Assembly: GCA_964016885.1 (NCBI GenBank)
Contig: OZ024747.1
Location: 44,454,001-44,518,000, forward strand
DNA: 64,000 bases
Reading direction: 5' to 3'
Source of the DNA: Eledone cirrhosa
Lineage: Eukaryota
Positions 13,746 to 27,660 of this stretch are shown piece after piece (positions within the stretch are counted from its first letter, which is position 1; each line of letters begins with the position of its first letter). The notes under the pieces were generated by a model. It was not told the DNA's origin, searched no databases, and was given only the letters and a program-made list of their open reading frames with translations. The translations under genes and the position numbers were made by a program.

Positions 13746-15499
13746 TTTTGTTTCATACAATTTACAACAGTTTTCCTTGTTGCTTTAAGCCCAAAATATG
13801 TGAAAGGAAAAGTCTTCCTTTAAGTATTGTTATCTTTTCAACAGCAAACTTTAAATTGTCAAATGAACTATCTTGAATTATGGCAGGATACAGGAGACCT
13901 TTCATTTTCATGATTACTTTGATGCCCACATAATACAAGGAATTTTGACTAGACTAATTCAAGGCTTAACGCCATCTATAAGTAGTTTTCTGTTAAACTA
14001 TATCAGCCATGCATATTGTTCTACATCTTCAAGATTATTGAATAGACTACATCTTACTTTTGTTAGCAAATTGTCAGAATTGTGAATCTCATTGTAAATT
14101 ATCATTATCATCATTGCAGGTTTTATGTCCACTTTTCCATGCTGACATGGAGTAGGTGAGACTTTTTCAGGGCAATGCTTTTCAGCAGGATGCCCTTCAT
14201 GACACCACCCACTTTTGGTCACTTCTTATGACATGCAAGGATGCAGTGTACCTATTCTAAACTGGATACACATGGTTATGCTTGTGATAATTTTATAGAA
14301 GCCTGTAAAGGCAATTCAATAAATTCAAATCTTCAGACATATAACTTGGCACCATGATTCATCAACTTTATCCAACAGGGATATAAAAAAAAATGTCCAT
14401 TATGTAGAACTGGTAGTTCAATGGTTTAAACCATGTAAAATACTTGCAACATCACCATGAACATAACAATGGTATTATTACTCACTGGGTAATATGAATA
14501 ATACAATAGGGAACAAAGCAAGCAACTAACTAGGAAACAATAAATATAACAATATATATTATTTATATGTATATGAATTTCACACACATACACACACACA
14601 CACACATATGTGTGTGTGTGTGTGTATGTATAGATTCACTTTTCTTATCAAAGGGAATGGATTTTCAAATTTTCAAACTTGTTTTATGTGTGTATACATT
14701 GTGTACATAGTATGTATACATACATAATATATATAAATGTGTGTGTGTGTGTGTGTGGCTATTATCTTTCTTATCTCCCTTATCCTATTCCCACTTAACA
14801 ACTCTCCATCAAAGGTAGAGAGGTCCCTTCAGTCAAGTGAATCACTGATAATCTCCCTAGTGCTATGCCACTATAAAATGCACCCAACAGACTCTGTAAA
14901 ACAGTTGCAGTTAGGAACCACTTCCGACCGTAGAAATCATGCTAAAAGAGTTATGAGGATCTTTCATTTACTTCACAAAAACCTTTCTACTGTTAACACC
15001 ATCCAGCTGTAGAAAACATGCTAAAAAAAGGTTTGTCGGAACATATGTAAGATGCAGGCCCCTATCCTATCTGAGAGGGTGTCATATAAAATGTACCCTG
15101 TGCACACTGTAGAATGTGGGAATGTATGTAAGCCAGATGCAGGCCTCTGGCCCATCTGAGAGGTCAGTAGCTCCAATTAAGTACTGATTTGGTCAGTATA
15201 TGATGATATATATAGGTATGTTAATGTGTGTTTGAGTAGTTATTTTCATATCTTTTTAGCTATTCACATCATGAATTCAGGGTTGCCTAGTCATGATGAA
15301 TGAGTATATATATTTGAGAAGGGACATCACTCAAATAAAACTCACATACATAAATATATACGAATTGCAATTCAATGCAAAACATACACATTATTCTTGG
15401 TAGAGTGCAATAACTAACATTATATGTATATAGAGAGATAAATATATATATATAAATTTGTAGTTTTTGTGTAGTGGTTAACAACTTTCACAGAATGAT

Positions 15500-16260
15500 G
15501 CATCAGTTATAGCCTCTCCTCTGACACTTGCCCTGACACCCCAGGGAAAATGTGGAAAATGCCATGTCTTGAACAGATTCTGACCTTTGACAAAGTATCA
15601 AGACCATCCCAGCTAAAACCTGCTGATGTATAGAGTTGATCCTCACTAAAATCAAAGGCATAAAACCGCAATGGAAGGCATTATCAAGCACCTGGTGGAT
15701 GAGGGCAGCATTAGTTGGGTTGGTGCTCTTCAAGTGGACCTTGAAACTACAAGAATTCAATTGGCCACTGCAACATTTAGTGCCAATCTCACTAGCATCA
15801 ATCTCTTTTCAGTCTTAAAAGAAGTACTGATAATGAAATGTGTGGGTTTGTCAGTTATAACAAGTCATCCCGTTTAATGAAATTCACATGCATATCTTTT
15901 TCCAAATTCAATTATATTGCAAGTCTGATGGCAATGGTTCTTGTAGATGACAGGGATCCAGCCTATCCAGTGCAAATCATGACTTCTTGGAAATATATAC
16001 AGACAATAGACCATTTGTTATGATAGACGGAGTATCATGTGCAGCTGTGATAATGAAATGCTCCACTTCTGCAATTTCATCACTGAGAAAGTGTAGTATA
16101 GATGGGGGCAGTCAAAATTCTTTGGTCACCAATCTGCTATGTCCTACATTGAAGGGTGCTGAATCCATAACAGACTGGGACACTCCAGCCATGTCCATCA
16201 TAAGTATAGTAACAACAATAATAGCTGAATCTAGAAAACACCAACGCTCAGAATTGAGCT
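15500..16260 (-). mobile_element. Possible heavily decayed hAT (Charlie/Buster-like) transposase
   Basis: Unique, higher-GC island. Frameshifted minus-strand reading gives SVMDSAP/SM/VGHSRLVTK (resembling TDGAPSMVG), H.ILH (resembling HCIIH), VEHFI, and a late MAFST. The motifs are degenerate. Confidence 0.35.
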
Positions 16261-17092
16261 GGTACTGACCAAATATACATCATCATCAGTATTTAATTTC
16301 ATATTTTCACTTCATATGCAAGCTTCCTCGGTTGGCTCCAAGCATGCTAATTTTTTTCACACCAAACTGAAATAAAATGTGAAAATCCAGCTGTGTTGAA
16401 ATTTGATTCACTGATATATTATCTATACACAATCATACTAACTGTGAACTTAGTGTATGTGTGTGTGAAGGCATGTCAATTGTTTTGATTCCTGGACCAG
16501 TGGAAGGGTTCTTTCTCACAGCATAGAACCTTGGGAAAATATTTTCTGTTATAGCTTGAGGCTAACCAATTATGAGTGAAATTAGTAGATAGAGACTGTT
16601 ATGAAGCCCACCACATACATATATTTGTGTGTGTGTGTGCAGGTGGTAATATTTGTTTATCTTCAGTATAAACAGGGATTTCACAACTCAAATTAAATGT
16701 TCTAAGATTTGTACCTTACTGTAAGCCTGGTGGAAGCCCAGGTTTGAACACAGCTGATTTCTTCCAGAGAAAGAGAGAGAAAAAAATGATAAAAAGTGAT
16801 AGAGAAAGAATTGCACCTAACATTTGACTGGTACTTTATTTATCAACCCCGAAAGGATGAAAAGTAAAGATGACCTCGGTGGAATTAGAACCTACGGCTG
16901 AAATGAATACTGCATAGCATTCTACCTGAAATCCTAACAACTCAGATAACTCAGCGCCTTATATATCAATATTTATCATCATCACCACCATTTTTACATC
17001 AACTGTTGGCATGGGTTAGATGTGAACTTTTGAGGCAATGTTTTCCAACCAGATGCCCTTCCTAACACCAACCCTTTTAGTAGCTTCTTAAT

Positions 17093-17124
<32 letters not shown>

Positions 17125-17331
17125 ATTGGATATATGAGAGTGATGAACACAGATACAAGTATACATGTGTTCCAATTGCAAATGACCAAGTTAGCTAGGT
17201 TGAAAAAATACTAATTTAAAACAATATGGTTTGCCTGACTCGATTTAAAGTAATAAATCAATTACACGGCTCGGAAAGATTCCCTTCTTTGAGCTATGTA
17301 AAAGACTATTTTGAGTTTATAACTCAATCTA

Positions 17332-17376
<45 letters not shown>

Positions 17377-17377
<1 letters not shown>

Positions 17378-17580
17378 CGAAGGAAATGTGGTAAGGAACC
17401 AGGTGGGCCATAACGCACCAAAGTACTCAATACTTAGGGTAGTAGAGTGGGTAATAGGAACAAGTAAGACCCCGACGGCTGAGCTCAAGCCGTTTCGACG
17501 GCTAATTCTGTACTTGATTAGTACAGAATTAGCCGTCGAAACGGCTTGAGCTCAGCCGTCGGGGTCTTACTTGTTCCTAT
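17377..17580. mobile_element. Fold-back Penelope-like fragment carrying the 3' half of a hammerhead (family F1)
   Basis: Perfect inverted arms of about 60 bp (ataggaacaagtaagaccccgacgg...ccgtcggggtcttacttgttcctat) inside (TA)n. Contains GAAA-CGGCU-UGAGCUC-AGCCG-UC. Confidence 0.7.
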
Positions 17581-17620
17581 ATATATATATGGAGAGAGAG
17601 AGAGAAATAGATATAAATAA

Positions 17621-17683
<63 letters not shown>

Positions 17684-20554
17684 CAAACACACCCAGGAAG
17701 TAAAACTGAATAAAATAAATACTACAGGTAATTTCACCTGTTGACATCTTGCAGTCAAATCCCTGCAAAAGTTGATTTTGACTTTTACACATCTAGGTTT
17801 GATTGAATATGTACTAATCAAGTACCACCATAATTGATGGATATCATTTGTGTACAGTGAGCTTACCAGCTAATCAATTCAGTAACCATTGTATCAGAAG
17901 TCCATACATCAATGATCAGAGGAAAACCTTCATATTCTATCCCTATTGATACCAAACTTCCCCTAGTTCTTCACTATAAAGCTGTTTATTTTAAGGTGAT
18001 TGTATTTATCTAAAATTATTACATCATCAATTTTATGTAAAAGCTTTGTTAAATTATGTCCCAAACAACAGTTTTTTACTGAACCCCTTCAAATACTTGA
18101 TTATTTTCAAAATTATTTTTAAAATCATAGACAATGTCTGTCATTAGAAATATGGTATTTGGAAGGTTAAATTTCCTACTGATGACATTCAGAAAAGAAT
18201 TCTGAATGACAGTTTAAGAATGAGATCTTATTGCAAACAATATAATACCCCTCCATTTTATCACTTTTACCTCTAGGTCCCTGACATATTTACAACAGTG
18301 GATTAGCAGCATTGGTAGAGCTTTGAAGTATTTAGCAATAACTTTCTGTGTTCTGAGTTCAAATCCTGCCAAGGTCCACTTTGCATTTCATCCTTTCAGG
18401 GTTGATATAATCAATTTTCCACTTTCCCAAAAATTTTTACAATGTTAAAAATAATTATTACATCATCTCATTAAAAAAAATGGTTAAAATACATAATTCT
18501 TCTGAATGCCAACCACTTTACAGAGTGTACTGAATACATTTTGCCATAGCCTCAGCATTTATGAGTTTTTCAGGACTTTAATGTAGCTGAAGAGTGGTCT
18601 CAACACTCCTGGTATCTTTTCTACAACTGGATACCCTTCTTAATGCTAACCACTTTTCAGAGTGCATGAATTTTTTGTGTGAATTTTATCATGGCACTGG
18701 CAGTAGTGAAACTATCATGTCCTGGATGTGGCCGAAGAGCTTCCTCTACTCTTTTGCATGGCTTCTATGACTGGATGCCTTTCCTTAACACCAACCAATC
18801 TACGGAGAGAACTGGATAAATTTTATCATGGTACCACCACAAGAGAAATTATCATGTACTAGACATGGCTGAAGAGTCCTCTCCCCTCTATGTTTTTAAC
18901 ATTCAAGTGCCAGCCACATATCAGGGTAGCACTAGTGCTTTTGCTATAGCTCTAAGTCTAGGATATGTTTCTTGTCTCAAGACAGGCATGACCAGAAATG
19001 AATAGGGGAGTGGTTGTTAAGGTGGACTTTAGATACAGTTACCTTGTTCTAAAGCAAACATGATCATAAGTGGAGATGGGATTGGTGTGATGATTAAGTT
19101 GAGCATGGGGGCTATGATAAAATAAGATAGTCAAAGAGATGGGGCTGTGTTTATATATGGTGGACAAAGATGGGACTGTGTTTATATATGGTGGGCAGAG
19201 ATGGGGTTACATGCTACTTGTTAGTAAAAGGCTCAATAGATGACAACAGAGGGGATGTAGGAAGGTGTGCAAGAGGTAAACAGTGGCCTGGATGGATGAT
19301 GGAACAATAAGGAAAAGAGAGGTTGATGGCTGGCAGTAGGTAACATGGCAGAGAGAGGAGAGTGATATGGTTAGGGTTAGCAGATGGTCAATGTGGGGCA
19401 AAGGTGAAGAGATAGATAGATGGTGGAGTGGAAGTAGAATGACAGAGATGATAGAAATGGAGACAATGGTAAGAGTAATGGTGAAGGTATTAGGTCAGAT
19501 ATAGTCAAGCAGTACATAGAGGATCAATACAAGGTGAGAGATAGAAGGGAGAGAAGGAGTATAATAGACAGGTGCAGCAGGTGAAAAAAGGGACTAATAT
19601 TTATATTTATCATCACCAACTGCAGCAGCTGTTTACAACCACTTTCCAAGCTGGCACGAGAATAGATGGTTGGAGAACCACATCTTGTTATGTTGCATAT
19701 TTTCTTTCCAAACTTCAGAAATGCACAGGATTCTGCATGTTGTCATTGGGGGCTTCATTAGACAGGTACCAAATGCATCCTCAAAATCTAATGACATCTA
19801 ATAGAGAATTCTACATAATAAACATTCAGGTATCAACAACTTCACTCTCATACTTACAGCTGTTTTATAGAGAGAAGCAAGGTAAAGCTGTCAGCTGGTT
19901 TTCAAGTCACATCCCATGACAATATAAGCTGGAATCTTATATATTCAAACGTTGCACTACATCTTAACCCATTACCATATTTTTTAATGAAAGATAGTGC
20001 AAATGGCTTCTTAGGAGGGTTTAGTTAAACAACTTTCACATAATTAAGATGGTGTTTTATGTAAATCTCATTTATTTGTATTGTCCTAAGTGTTTTGGCT
20101 CCAGCGGCTAAGAAAGAAAATCCTTATTTAGCCGGTGTTCGGAACAAAACTTAAGAAAGGTTCTTATATAAAATTAAGATGGAAGGCCTTTAGATAAATA
20201 TAAACATTTTAAAATAAACAGTTTTCTATTCAGGAACCTGAGGTGGTTTCAGGGGATATTTTATGAAAAGGGTTAAATTATGTAAAAATAGCCATGAATA
20301 GACAGAGATAAAGACTCATATATAGTTTCTATCACACCATTCTCGCCGCATTCATAGGTTGACACATACTATGAGGTGGTAATTAATGGATTTAAACCAC
20401 TGAAAAATGAGCATCTTATTGACACAGCTATACATGCACTATGAGTGTAAGTATGTATATATAGTATATGTGTGTATGAATATATAGAATGTGAATATAT
20501 ATATATTTATATATATATATGTATGTATATATGTATGGATATACATTGTATATA

Positions 20555-20585
<31 letters not shown>

Positions 20586-20593
<8 letters not shown>

Positions 20594-21184
20594 ATACTTG
20601 GGGAGGGTCATATTTGTGTAATATTGCCAGAATTAATAACAGAACACACTCACTGTTTGGTTGGTTTACGCTTTTCGCTTCTGTGTCTTTTATATCGGTA
20701 AACTAATTTATTTGGTCCTCAATGTTGCCATTGACTGACCAACGGTCAAAAATAATACAGATACAATATAGACACAAACACATATATATTGTTTATCAAA
20801 GTTCTTTCGTTGCACATCTGCAACATCGTCAGTGGTGCTATTGTTTCCTCTCGTTACATTGTATGTCTACGCCATGTCTACGCCATCAAAGATGGCGTAG
20901 ACATACAATATAACGGGAGGAAACAATAGCACCACTGACGATGTTGCAGATGTGCAACGAAAGAGCTATGATAAACTATATATATGTGTTTGTGTCTATA
21001 TTGTATCTGTATTATTTTTGACCGTTGGTCAGTCAATGGCAACATTGAGGACCGAATAAATTAGATTACCGATATAAAAGACACAGAAGCGAAAAGCGAA
21101 AACCAACCAAACAGTGAGTGTGTTCTGTTATTAATTCTGGCAATATTATTACACAAATATAACCCTCCCCAAGTATAACAATAT
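20586..21184. mobile_element. About 600-bp palindrome: inverted pair of Penelope-like pseudo-LTR fragments
   Basis: Arms of about 300 bp (tgttatacttggg...cccaagtataaca) meet at gtctacgccatc-aaa-gatggcgtagac. Each arm has a hammerhead core. Embedded in (TA)n. Partial copy at about 34490-34547. Confidence 0.75.
20931..20972 (+). ncRNA. Minimal hammerhead ribozyme motif in the right arm of the palindrome (mirror copy about 20795-20836 on minus)
   Basis: ACCA-CUGACGA-U-GUUGCA-GAUG-UGCAAC-GAAA-GAGCUA-UGAU. Perfect 6-bp stem II, one extra nucleotide after A9, weak stems I and III. Confidence 0.6.
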
Positions 21185-21226
21185 TTGTGTCGACACACGA
21201 TTTCATATAAAAAACCTTGCAAAACT

Positions 21227-21260
<34 letters not shown>

Positions 21261-21261
21261 C

Positions 21262-21294
<33 letters not shown>

Positions 21295-21296
21295 TG

Positions 21297-21328
<32 letters not shown>

Positions 21329-21421
21329 TATGCATACATATATACATATATATATACATATATATACATATATATATATATCATCAGCGTTTTACGTCCG
21401 TTCTTCCATGCTAGCATGGGT

Positions 21422-21460
<39 letters not shown>

Positions 21461-21461
21461 T

Positions 21462-21503
<42 letters not shown>

Positions 21504-21586
21504 TATATATATATATATACATATATGTATATATATATATACATATCATCGTTTAACGTCCATCTTCCACGGTAGCATGGGTTAGA

Positions 21587-21642
<56 letters not shown>

Positions 21643-21649
21643 ATACATA

Positions 21650-21816
<167 letters not shown>

Positions 21817-22235
21817 TCTAACCCATGCTACTGTGGAAGATGGATGTTAAAAGATGATGATGATGATGATGATATATATATAACATATATATACATATAT
21901 ATACTTATATATATAACATATATATATATATATAGACACAAGCAGAAACACTTGGTACCATGGTTGGGATTTTACGTATTTCTATATACAAATACATATA
22001 CATATATATATATATATGTATATATACAAATATATATACATATAAATATCTATATATACACACAAATATATATACATATAAATATCTATATATACACACA
22101 AATATATATACATATAAATATCTATGTATACACACAAATATATATACATACAAATATATATATATATATACAAATATATACACACACACATATATATATA
22201 TGTATATATAAGCATATATATATATATGTATATAT

Positions 22236-22590
22236 GATGGCTGCCCCCTTGTTATCGAGTATGGCCATTGCACGATATACCATTATTAATAATTATTAAT
22301 TAATGCTATCATGCAATGCCTGTGCATGAACATATTTTTTAAAGTGAGGAAAGACTGTGCACTGAGCCAATCCCACTCTCTGAGTGACAGTAGCTATAAC
22401 GCGAAAAGAAGGAAAGATCAACATCATCGGTAACTACTGAGCCGCAGGTTTTATATTGGAGTTATCCCAGTTTCCTGAGTTGCCTTCTCCCAGAAGAATG
22501 CCCTGACAGAGGCTAGGGGGTCCTTCACTCCCAGAGGTTTAACCGCACGATCGGGTGTCCAGCCCGACTATTTCTATGACTCCGCGCATA
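22236..22590. mobile_element. CpG-containing retroelement end fragment in (TA)n
   Basis: atggctgcccccttgttatcgagtatggcca; related to about 42210-42285 (ggtggctgccaactcgttttcgagtacggcca). Clade not determined. Confidence 0.45.
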
Positions 22591-22691
22591 TACACACACA
22601 TGCACCCATGTATATACACATATACATACATATGTATATATGTATATATGTATATATAAACACATATATACATATATATATATATATAAAC

Positions 22692-22724
<33 letters not shown>

Positions 22725-22897
22725 TATATACATATATATATACACACACACACATATACATATATATATACACACACACATATATATACATATATACACA
22801 CACACATATATATACATATACACACACACACACATATATATACATATACACACACACACACATATATATACATATATACACACATATATATATATAT

Positions 22898-22949
<52 letters not shown>

Positions 22950-22950
22950 G

Positions 22951-23372
22951 TAGTATTAAAAAGATCAGATGTAATAAGTTGATTAAGATGTATATAACAC
23001 TCTGTTTTACATATTTTGCTGAGGACGACAAATTTTGATAGCCTGAGCTCTTCAGACGGATTAAAAACCTATAAAAACTTGAGAAAATTGAAAAGTTCCT
23101 CAAGAAAATGAAAAAAACTTCCTTGAAAAAATTTTTTTTTGTGATGCATGGGAGGGCTGAATGTATTGATATTGTTTCTTCACTGGCTCGCCCCTGATGC
23201 TGGGACAAGCGAGTAGAAAAAACATCAACGCATTGTTTTCATGTTTTTATAAGCTTTTATGCTGTCTGAAGGGGTCAGGCAATCAAATTTGTTGTCCTCA
23301 GCGAAATACGTATCATGGATTTTAAAATAAATCTAAATCAACAGATAATGACTTCTGATCTTTTTAATACTA
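22951..23372. mobile_element. Non-autonomous DNA transposon with long (about 150 bp) imperfect TIRs
   Basis: tagtattaaaaagatcaga...tctgatctttttaatacta; inner arms gctgaggacgacaaattt/aaatttgttgtcctcagc and ttcagac/gtctgaa; TA at both ends. Confidence 0.8.
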
Positions 23373-23480
23373 TATAATGCCCCGGCTTGTACCACATATA
23401 CATGTCGTTGAGAGCTTCATTTCATCTGCTTCACAGCTGACCGACCATAATGTGGTTTACACATCCCTGGTCGGTTAGCC

Positions 23481-23547
<67 letters not shown>

Positions 23548-23739
23548 CATATATCTACATAAATATAATGTATATACGTATATAATATATATATATATAT
23601 ACATATATATAAAAACATATATAATATATATATATATAAACATATATATATACATATATAATATATATATAAACATATATTTATATACATATATTTATAT
23701 ATAAACATATATTTATATACATATATATATAAACATATA

Positions 23740-23785
<46 letters not shown>

Positions 23786-23788
23786 AAC

Positions 23789-23821
<33 letters not shown>

Positions 23822-23861
23822 TATATATTCACACATATATAGATATATATACACACACACA

Positions 23862-23928
<67 letters not shown>

Positions 23929-24124
23929 GATATATATATATATACACATATATCTATACATATATATAGATAATCAATGATAGTTTAAATAAATGGAAAC
24001 TATATTTATAAAATAATATTTATTTAATATCATTGAATATTATACTCCAGAAAACCAGTTGAGAGCTCTGAATCACTTATAAACATTTATATTTGTTGAA
24101 TTACCAACAAATTGAATATCCCTT

Positions 24125-25306
24125 TTGCATATATATAGATATATAGACACATATATATATATACACACATATATGTATTTAAATGTATATGAATAATATA
24201 TATTAATATGTGTGTGTATGTTTGTGTGTGTATATATATAGAGAGATATATAGACACATATATATATACACATATATGTATTTAAATATATATGAATATA
24301 TATATTAATATATGTGTGTATGTTTGTGTGTATATATATATATATATATAGAGAGAGAGATATATAGACACATATATATATATACACACGTATATGTATT
24401 TAAATATATATGAATATATATATTAATATGTGTGTGTATGTTTGTGTGTGTATATATATATATAGATATATAGACACATATATATATACACATATATTTA
24501 TTTAAATATATATGAATATATATATTAATATATGTGTGTATGTTTGTGTATATATATATATAGAGAGAGAGATATATAGACACATATATATATACACACA
24601 TATATGTATTTAAATATATATGAATATATATATTAATATATGTGTGTATGTTTGTGTATACATATATATATATATACACAGATATATAGACACATATATA
24701 TATACACACATATATGTATTTAAATATATATGAATATATATATTAATATGTGTGTGTATGTTTGTGTGTATATATATAGAGAGAGAGATATATAGACACA
24801 TATATGTATACACACATATATGTATTTAAATATATATGAATATATATATTAATATGAGTGTGTATGTTTGTGTATATATATATATATATATATACACAGA
24901 TATATAGACACATATATATATACACACATATATGTATTTAAATATATATGAATAATATATATTAATATGTGTGTGTATGTTTGTGTATATATATATGTAT
25001 ATATATACACAGATATATAGACACATATATATATACACACATATATGTATTTAAATATATATGAATATATATATTAATATGTGTGTGTATGTTTGTGTGT
25101 ATATATATAGAGAGAGAGATATATAGACACATATATGTATACACACATATATGTATTTAAATATATATGAATATATATATTAATATGAGTGTGTATGTTT
25201 GTGTATATATATATATACACACAGATATATAGACACATATATATATACACACATATATGTATTTAAATATATATGAATAATATATATTAATATGTGTGTG
25301 TATGTT

Positions 25307-25354
<48 letters not shown>

Positions 25355-25752
25355 AACGGTTGAAATATGTATTTAAACATATATGAATATATATATTAAT
25401 ATATGTGTGTATGTTTGTGTGTATATATATATATAGAGAGAGAGATATATAGACACATATATGTATACACACATATATGTATTTAAATATATATGAATAA
25501 TATATATTAATATGTGTGTGTATGTTTGTGTATATATATATATATACACAGATATATAGACACATATATATACACACATATATGTATTTAAATATATATG
25601 AATATATATATTAATATGTGTGTGTGTATGTTTGTGTATATAATTATATATATATACACAGATATATAGACATATATATATACACACATATATGTATTTA
25701 AATATATATGATTAATATATATTAATATGTGTGTGTATGTTTGTGTATATAT

Positions 25753-25783
<31 letters not shown>

Positions 25784-25864
25784 GATATATAGACACATAT
25801 ATATACACACATATATGTATTTAAATATATATGAATAATATATATTAATATGTGTGTGTATGTT

Positions 25865-25922
<58 letters not shown>

Positions 25923-26012
25923 TATATAGACACATATATATATACACACATATATGTATTTAAATATAAATGAATAATATATATTAATATGTGTGTGTAT
26001 GTTTGTCTGTAC
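24125..26012. repeat. About 110-bp satellite built from compound microsatellites, roughly 17 units
   Basis: Recurrent tatgtatttaaatatatatgaat...attaatatgtgtgtgtatgtttgtg(ta)n...gatatatagacac. Confidence 0.95.
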
Positions 26013-26472
26013 ATCATTTTTGTATTTGTTTTGCAGGATTTCTTATCTTAAACTGTGTATTAAAACAGATATTGTTATACGGGGGGGGGGGGGGGTGATG
26101 CTGCAATTAAAACAGATACACAGCACACAACACATGATGTAGGACAAAACAAAGGACACAATATAACAAATTAATCATTGAGGAAGTCACAGAATGTGTG
26201 ACCAAAGAGCTTTGACATTAAAGAAATAACCATCCAGTTATTAACCCTTTAGCAAGCTCATTACTCTATATCTACTAGTATATGTTCATGGTAAAGGCTT
26301 TACTTCACATAATTATCTCACATAATATCGAATCTCTGAGATTTTGAAAGTATTTATTTTGAGAATAATACCTTAACATCAGTTTGAATGACCAGTTACA
26401 GCAAGTTTCAACAGAAAGAGGTAGAGAATTCTGGCCGGTTTGGGCCAGGGTTAAACCAACCAGCTGGAAATT

Positions 26473-26730
26473 TATACTTTGGGAGGGTCATGATGCCAAT
26501 AAAAACACATGCACCTGTTGGTTTTCACTTCAATTTATTATAAATTTTCAATTGGTTTGTTCAATAACTTGACGGTTGTTTATATATTATCATGGCTCTT
26601 ACGTCACATATTCTCTGACATCTTCAGTGACTGATTTCTTATTTCGTGTCCCCCCTTTGGTCTGTCCTAAACCATCTTGTTTTTCAGAACAAAGGAGAGA
26701 CCCAAAATACGAAATCAATCACTGTTTATA
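26473..26730 (-). mobile_element. Diverged relative of the 20.6-kb Penelope-like element with a decayed hammerhead
   Basis: Starts tatactttgggagggtcat. Minus strand reads UCA-CUGAAGA-U-GUCA...UGAC-GUAA-GAGCCA-UGAU. Short inverted repeat at about 26625-26645 versus 26705-26724. Confidence 0.5.
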
Positions 26731-27196
26731 GATTATATCTAACTTTGTTGGTGTTTTTTCATGCGTTTCTCCATGATTGCATGTATTCTATCATTGTCAT
26801 CATTTAATGTCCGTCGTTCCTGCTAGTAATGGCTTGGTAGGTAGGTCTACATAGACCAAATTAGTACTGCAGCAGGGTTACTGATTTCCAAGATTGCATC
26901 CCTTTAATATACAATCATACACACACACACTTATATGCATGCATTTGTGTGTGTGTGTATATATATATATACACACATATACATATATGTATCATCATCA
27001 TCATCGTTTGTCCTATTTGAGGCAGGTTTGATTGGATGACCGTGTCTCGCTTGTGTGTGTATGTGTATATATAAATAGTATGTAACATGTGTGTGTGTGT
27101 GTGTGTTTCTGTATCAGTGTATGTTTATAAATATATATAAATATACATACATACACATATATATACACACATATACACACACCTATGTATATGCAG

Positions 27197-27227
<31 letters not shown>

Positions 27228-27504
27228 CACACACATATATATTTACACACACACACCCATCATCTTCATCACAATTCAATATCTATTTTCCATGCTTGAA
27301 TGAGTCAAACGGATTATCATGTACTGAATCCTAACTAGCCGGGTATGATCTTACTGGTTTACTCAGGTTTCTAGGGCTGGATCTTTTCATACCTACAACC
27401 ACTTCACTGTCTCTGTTGGGAAGCATTTTAGCATGAATGTGGCTCCATCACCTTACAGGTTGAACTGGGAACTTTTTGTTGTGGCACATATAAATACACT
27501 TACA

Positions 27505-27660
27505 CAAATCATGGACACACTGGAAGAGGAAGACCAAGGTTAACGTATGTTGATGCCCTAAGGACAGAAACTGGTCTGTTGGAGACGCAGGACAAGGCAG
27601 CGATAATGAGGGATAGAGACCGCTGGAGTGAACTTGTCCATGGATCTCGGGAATTTTACC
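27505..27660 (+). mobile_element. RTE-clade LINE 3' fragment
   Basis: HGHTGRGRPRLTYVDALRTETGLLETQDKAAIMRDRDRWSELV. Confidence 0.8.
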
